A DNA stretch of 41,566 nucleotides. It comes from Bigelowiella natans CCMP2755 (lineage: Eukaryota > Protista > Cercozoa). Position numbers and translations under genes: made by a program. The stretch is from the NCBI GenBank assembly GCA_000320545.1, contig ADNK01000308.1, positions 1 to 41,566 of the forward strand, given 5' to 3'. Under the pieces are notes generated by a model. The model searched no databases, had not been told where the DNA came from, and saw only the letters and a program-made list of their open reading frames with translations. Shown here in pieces: positions 34,970 through 41,566 of this stretch (its first letter is position 1; the number at the start of each line of letters is the position of its first letter).

Positions 34970-37900
34970 TATCGATTGCGAGGAGTGTATATTATCTGCC
35001 GGTGGAGGACATTTCTTCAAAATTGGGAGTCGCATCATCCTTGCACCCAATATCATCGTTGGGGTGGGGGGGGGAGGGAGAAGGGTTTATGTTCTTTCCA
35101 TGTGATCAGGTAATACCCAGGAGGCCGCTACACACGGTGCTTCCCATGGGAGAGTACATCAACGCCTGTTTTGTCACCGTTGGCCTCGTCAATACCGAGA
35201 AGCTCAATACTAAGTCAATGAAGAAAGCGGTGAGATATAATTAAACCTCGCCTTTTGGCGGGGGGAGGGGCGTCTTTCTGGAAGCTGCTGACCGTCCGCA
35301 CATCTTTTTTCATTTTACAGCCCAAGAACGTGCTGGTGAAAGTGACCTTGCGAGAGGGCAAATCACGCTACGTTCTTTCTGGTGCTATAGCGCCGGCCCT
35401 CGGGAAAACAATGACCTGCCAGCCAGAGTATGGAGGCACATGAACACACGCATGCGCCTACGACTAGGAGGAGGATCTTATATATAACTGCTAAACACTA
35501 TGCATCGTTACATCGTCATGGTTGACGCTGATCTTCACACCGCCATACCGATGATGGTTTCTTACTTGTCTGACTACTCCAGATTCAATACACTTGTCCA
35601 CTATCACCTCAACTCGCCGGTCCCCAACGAGAGGTTCATTGTCATGCTGCCGGACGATGTCGCCTCGTGCCATCTACACATTGAGTTCTTTCATTGCTCC
35701 TCGTCCAAGCCGCCAGAGCCGCTTGGTTTCGCATTCACGAAGCTGACGAAGAGCGGGGGGGTTTTCATCCCGAACGGTTTGTACCAAGTGTGCGTGTGTT
35801 GCCATTGCTGCCCGCCGCATTTGTCTTTCAGATGGCGTGACGATTAGCCCTCTGTCTTATTTGTGTTTGCATTGTTATTGCAGTGGAAGTGCAGCTGCCC
35901 ATCTTCAAATACTCCCGGAAATCAGGGGAATCCGGCCAGGTACAAAGAGAGTCGTAGTAGTAGTAGTAGTAGTAGTAGTAGTAATAGCTTTTAACATCAT
36001 CTCTCTTGCTTTGTTCTTTATGATCGAAGCAGCGCGACCACCTCTCAGATCTGTCCTTTTTGCTGCTGATGATGCCATGTCAACTACTTACTACTCCTAC
36101 CCCTTCTTCTCTCCCCCCCCCTCCTACCCTTTAGCACACAGACTACTTAAATCAAAGCTCGAAGAAAGACTTGACGAGGGGTACGGTCAACATCACCACA
36201 GAGTTGTGCTCTAACGTGGCCAGCCAAAATCTTCGAATCCACTGGTTTCTCAACTATTATCAAGCGGATGATCCTGTCAAAGCCCTCAGGTAGATCTAGC
36301 AAATGCTTAAAGCCTTTGGTCTCGTAGCGTAGAGCTCTCCTGAGCTGCTATTCCACTCTCCCCCCCCCCGCCTCCCCAAATTGTTTGAACGGTCATGTCG
36401 TATTTATCCTGCCATTGTCCATCCTTTGCTTTCTCTTATCATCTTGCACGACGCACCATCATTGTTTCTTCCTAGTGGTGTGCTGATTGGTCCTGATCTA
36501 CGACTCGTAATTTTGCGGTCAGCGGTATCCTCGATGTCGACGACTTTAGTCACCTGGCGCCCTACATCTCAACGATTTTGGACACTTTATTCACGATATT
36601 CGCGGACACGAACAAGGCGGACCTGCATGCGCCAGCTTTGGCCGCCCTCGTCTACATCTTCGGGATGGAGTCAAACACGACTCACAAACTGCCTAGGTGA
36701 GGAGGAGGAGCAGCTCTCAGCAGCAGCTGCAGCAGCAGCAAATGTGCCCCGTCAGTAGTACGTCCGTAGTAATCAAGTAGATTAATATGACGAACAGGAA
36801 ACAAGTGCTTTCCCCTTAAATTCCCCCCCTCCCCCCACTCACACACATTCCCTTCTCGCTTTGTGACCAACCACGGGCAAGAATGATCTGCACAGTTCTC
36901 TGCGTCCCTAAAGTCCCAGGCGTTTTGCAAAAAGGTTATTCATTTCTCTTGTTTTCTCCCTTACTTTCTGTCAGATCTAGTGGCAATAGCTCCGCGTTGT
37001 CGGGCAGCAAACAGGTACGTGCGCAATGCGGGCTTCCCTGCTCCTCCTCTACATACATGCCCGTCGATGATCGATGTTTAAAATCATGAGGGATGGAGAA
37101 TTGTGATGATGACAAACAAAGGATGGATGATACCAGCGTTCAGTCAATAAGCCATATAATACGTGCTCCGCCATTGTTTCTTGCGTTCATTAGGGTCCGG
37201 AGGCGAAGCAGCCCTCGATCATAACGGACGGGCGGTTGCGTAGAGAGTCGGCATTTACTAGGAATCATCCTGATTCTTCCAATTCGTCGTACATCCCTGT
37301 CTCAGACATCGTGCACTTCTGGTGCGTTCGTTCGTATGATGATAAAACTTCACGATTGTGTTGTTGGCTGTTGCCGTAGTCTCATTGCTTCCCCATGGCG
37401 CACTTCCAATAGGATCAGCACCCGTCTGAAGGAAATCACGAAGTCGAAGGGCGTCATCGCCATCAAGCAGGTCATGCTGCAATGGCGCTCGCTCCTGGAG
37501 GTACCCACTACGATGACATTGGAAACAGATCAAAGGCGGGAAAGATGATGACAAACGCGATGATGAGAATGATTAGAATGATGATGGTGAAGATGGTGCT
37601 TGTGATAAACGGGATGGTTTGCACTTGTGTTGTTTGTTGAGGCTGAATATATCGAGAAAATGCTCCTCGACTGCCAGCACTACAACATGTTCACCATCAG
37701 AATTCCATACTCGTCCTCTTACTACTACCACTACTACTACCACTACTACTACCTGAAACTTACTACAACGTTTATTACGTGTTTCTTAGTGGAGTGAGTC
37801 GGAGGAAGCCAAAGACACCAGCAGCTCTAAATGGAAGTGCGTAGGAAATAGATAATAGTTGTATCAAAGAGTGGGTCTGCTGCTGCTCCCACCTTCTCTC

Positions 37901-39418
37901 AGAGAGTGTTGTTCAGATGGAGATAAATAATGACGACGATGATGATGACATTGGTGGGGATTTTAGGGTTGATTGCATGTTTTCTTATCCTCCTCCTCCT
38001 CCTCCTCCTACTCCCCAGGTCAGTGATGTACGCCTTGAGGAGCTGCAACCTCTTATGCGAAGTTCTCTTCAAGGTCATCAAGAGACTCTATACTATACCC
38101 GCAAGTTTACTTGTCTCACAAGCGAAGCCAACTTGCGAGTTCCAAACAACTGGGACACCGCGGACACGCACACACTCATACCACGAACCGACTGTCGCAC
38201 ATACGCATCAATCGTCACACATACGGCTGCTGACCTGTCCTCCTTCTTTTTCATCTGCCTTCCAGTTGGTACCCTTCGGAACCAGCGATGAGGAGTGCAA
38301 AGCGAGCAAAGTGCTGATGGCCATCTACAGAGTATGACCAGTGGGAGGGGAGGGTGGGGAAGGGAGGGAGAAATTGTCCAACAGTATCAGCTATACTGCA
38401 TTTTCAAATAATTTCAACTTTGACGTTAAGTCTTGATCTGCCCCCCCCTCCCCCCCCCCCACCTACACCTCACGTTGTACCAGGTCCGCATCCAAATCCG
38501 CGAGGAGCTCGTTCGGATCGGAAAGGCCATGGCAAGGCTTTTGGCAGCAGAGGTGGTTGCAGTGGAGAAAGAAGCCCGAAACAGCATGGTGGTAGGGGTC
38601 AGCACGAGTGTGCCTGCGAGCATCGTTGTGGGTGGTTTGTGTGTGCGTTATTCCTACCAATCTCATTGTCCCCTCCCCCCCCTCCCCCCTTCCTCCTTCA
38701 GCTGCCTTTCCAGCACACTATACGGAAATACATTATCGATCGCGGCGCTCGATGGCTGAGCTCTCTCTTGGAGGTGCCATCTGCTACTCCTCGTCATTGT
38801 AAAGGATGTTTGGAGAAGGGGGAGGGGGGGGGGGGAAGGGGGAGAGAAAGTTGCGCAAAGTCTTATTGTGTGTTTGTATTTTTCTCTAGTGTTTCTCCGA
38901 GGACGTGGCTGTGGGCATAATGTGTGACTTCACCAAGGCCATATTAGACATTCCGGCGAAGGAAGAGGCAACGGATTCCCAGTGAGTAGCTATATAGCCG
39001 CCGCCGATATCATGGGCTGCTTGATTTTCACCTGTGGATGGGGTTTCGATCAGGGTGTAGTAGAAGGGGAACCAGAAGAAGAAGAAGAAGAAGAAGAAGA
39101 GTGGAAGAGTAGACCAAGAGACTAGAACGTCATTTACACGCCAAACTACCATCACAACTCCCACCCACCAGCGTCCGCACTGGTTATGCTGTACCTATGA
39201 AAACGTGAATTATGATAAAACTGAATGAGGATCAACGCACACTGCTGCTACAGGGGTATAGCCTTGGGGATGCATTTTCTCCAATTCTGCAACCAAATCG
39301 AGCAGGAAGGCATCTTTACATCGCCTGGGTTCTGCAAAGTAAGTATGCTCGCAGTGACGCTGGGTGGTGAAAAGAAGCCTTGATTGTACCCTAATGACGA
39401 TGGTAGACCATGGATAAG

Positions 39419-39449
<31 letters not shown>

Positions 39450-39463
39450 GCACACACAGAGAC

Positions 39464-39503
<40 letters not shown>

Positions 39504-40551
39504 GCTAGAGATACATTCCCCACACTACAACAAATACGCGTAGACCATGCTTTTGCCGATATTGGAAACGCTGCACGTGTACTTGAAGTCAAAGCAGATC
39601 GAAATGCACATCTACTGCATCAAGGTTGTTCATGAAAATGAGATGTCTCCCTTGCTCGCCCGTGCATTTATAAACAATATGCCCCCCCCCCCCGAAGCTC
39701 TCCTACAGAAGTAGCGGCACAAAGTGCTTGCTAGCACTATGTGAGACCGGCTGTTTTTGTGATTACTTAGGTCTTAGTCGCGATCTTGCCCGTCCTCATA
39801 AATGGAATGATGGCTGACGATGGCGTTTCCACCGACACCAAGGCAGCGGCAGCCAGGAAAATCAGGAGAGCGGCCAGAGAGAGGTAGCAGGATGAATTGG
39901 CAACAAGCATGCACCGACCATCGTCATCATCCGTTACACATCTCTCATTATTCTGAACGATGCGTGTGATTGTTCATTTGACGGGGGGCTCCTCGCTCGT
40001 TGCGGATTGGACGACGTTGGCAGCCATTCTTCGCGGTCCACAGCAGCAGGTTTTCCATCATCGTCATCATCATCATCGTCGTCGATATCGCAGAAGAGAT
40101 CCTCCGCGCACAAAGGAGGGGTAGCAGCAGCCCCGCTCATTTATGTGAAAGGAGCTTTCCAAGCCCTGCGACAAGGGGAAACGCACTACCCAAAATTCAA
40201 AGGCGTCATCGACATCACGGAGGGTCATTCGTCGCACAATAGATAGCACGCACCAAGAGAGACTAGGAAGGGCGGCTCAACGTCATATGCAGCCTGCAAT
40301 GTTTTTCGTCCATCACTGCATCGTAGAGTTTCCTTATGAGTTGACGTATATTAAGCCGTGTATAAGCACCATTATCGTTATTATCATCATCATCATCATC
40401 ATCATCATCACCACCACCACTTCAGATCGCTTGGTGAAGCTTGCGGTTGACCTATTTCCGGGCCTTCTCCGCACTTTCAAGGCCATCCGCGACAAGGAAG
40501 GAAGCCACAGGTGTTATATGCGCGCGCGCGCACACACACACACACACACAT

Positions 40552-40587
<36 letters not shown>

Positions 40588-40999
40588 CTGCTTTGCGCGT
40601 GTGCGGAGGGGGGGTGTAAATATATGCGTCGTCGTCCACCCGCTCTCGATTTTGGAGCGATATAATGCGTTTTTCCTCACGATTGATCTGAAATACTATG
40701 GACATGTGTTTTGGGCACCCCTCCCCCCCCACACACACACTCCCTGCACAGCTACCTTTACTACTTTGAGAACGATAGAAATCGGCTCCGGGACGTCGAG
40801 ATCAAAGCGTATTGCTATTTTCACCATACCACCAAACATCACGTTTTTTCTATCTCCTCGCAAGCATTGATTTTGTCATTCCTCTCTGTATAACTTTACC
40901 ACCTTCTCAATCATCGATCACAATCTTCAAATCTAACGTAATCGTCAAAAAGTGAAGATTTTTGGGCCCCATTTCTCTGTTACAATCTCTAACTATATT

Positions 41000-41034
<35 letters not shown>

Positions 41035-41421
41035 TTGTTGGTTTGGTAGCGGACTATGTATGGTGATGATAGGTAGAGTATTGCACATGCACAACGAGGT
41101 AATTCGTTCACCTTTCTCCACTCTACATTTCTCTCTCCCCCCTCCCCCCCCCCCCCCCTCCGCTACGTGTCATACACTCCCTGTGCAGCGTTTCTCAATC
41201 TGTTGCGTGTGTTGTGCTGTTGATGCTTTGCTTGCAGAGTTCGTCTCGTTTTCCTCGGTTTCTTCGTGGGATGGAAGGCAGCCCCAGTCGCTTCCTGGTA
41301 CAGCTCATGATAGCGGCCTCTGACCTCGTGAAAAGAGGGCTATATGATGCGTCATGGGTCTCCCTGAGGTTATGCACCCTCAAGTTTGTCCAAGGTGGTT
41401 GCTTGGTTGGAACTCTCTAGC

Positions 41422-41459
<38 letters not shown>

Positions 41460-41534
41460 CACTTAGATAATCCAAATCACCGTGCTTTTTCATTCTTTCT
41501 GATGCCATTTGCCGGGCTGATCCGTGTCCACGCG

Positions 41535-41566
<32 letters not shown>
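31733..41566 (+). CDS. DOCK-family (dedicator of cytokinesis) Rho GEF, multi-exon, runs off the window end
   Basis: DHR-1/C2-like exons PKNVLVKVTL...GAIAP and FNTLVHYHLNSPVPNERFIVMLPDDVASCHLHIEFFHCSS...LGFAFTKLTKSGGVFIPNG (35321-35790). N-terminal FRQPYSISVL segment. Start unresolved; DHR-2 is not in the window. Confidence 0.85.
39420..39502. repeat. Intronic (CA)n(GA)n microsatellite, one of many in the DOCK gene introns
   Basis: Read directly. Similar arrays at 34700-34750, 34918-34967, 40520-40587, 41000-41032, 41424-41455 and 41537-41566. Confidence 0.9.

Noticed and set aside
34679-35105. ORFs with CVCVCV/SLSLSL/THTHTH runs (also 12440-12891, 39210-39635, 40441-40870)
   Set aside because: Translations of intronic microsatellites.

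Overview
Intron-rich eukaryotic nuclear DNA, most likely from an alga with a secondary plastid (LHC protein with signal peptide plus transit peptide; chlorarachniophyte-like, inferred). There are about nine multi-exon genes: G-patch-like protein, DnaJ/HPD protein, C2H2-ankyrin protein, sulfotransferase, ARID protein, two unknowns, LI818/LHCX and a DOCK GEF. An intact, very young Ty3/Gypsy LTR retrotransposon occupies 2608-8325 (apparently identical 327-bp LTRs, 4-bp TSD). Its Pol ends in what looks like a catalytically degenerate Dam-like adenine methyltransferase fold. The most striking signal lies in the spacers downstream of gene 3' ends (1879-2607 plus 8326-8930, about 14200-16560, 23100-23590, 28650-29309, 31030-31650). 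These are strongly depleted of the dinucleotide TA, with TG/CA in excess and CpG retained. The surviving TAs sit mostly in CTAG (YTAR). Genes, introns including (TA)n microsatellites, and the young retrotransposon keep TA. This looks like a targeted, context-specific A:T->G:C hypermutation process (TAY > TAA > TAG), opposite in direction to fungal RIP. Counts are by eye and the mechanism is inferred.
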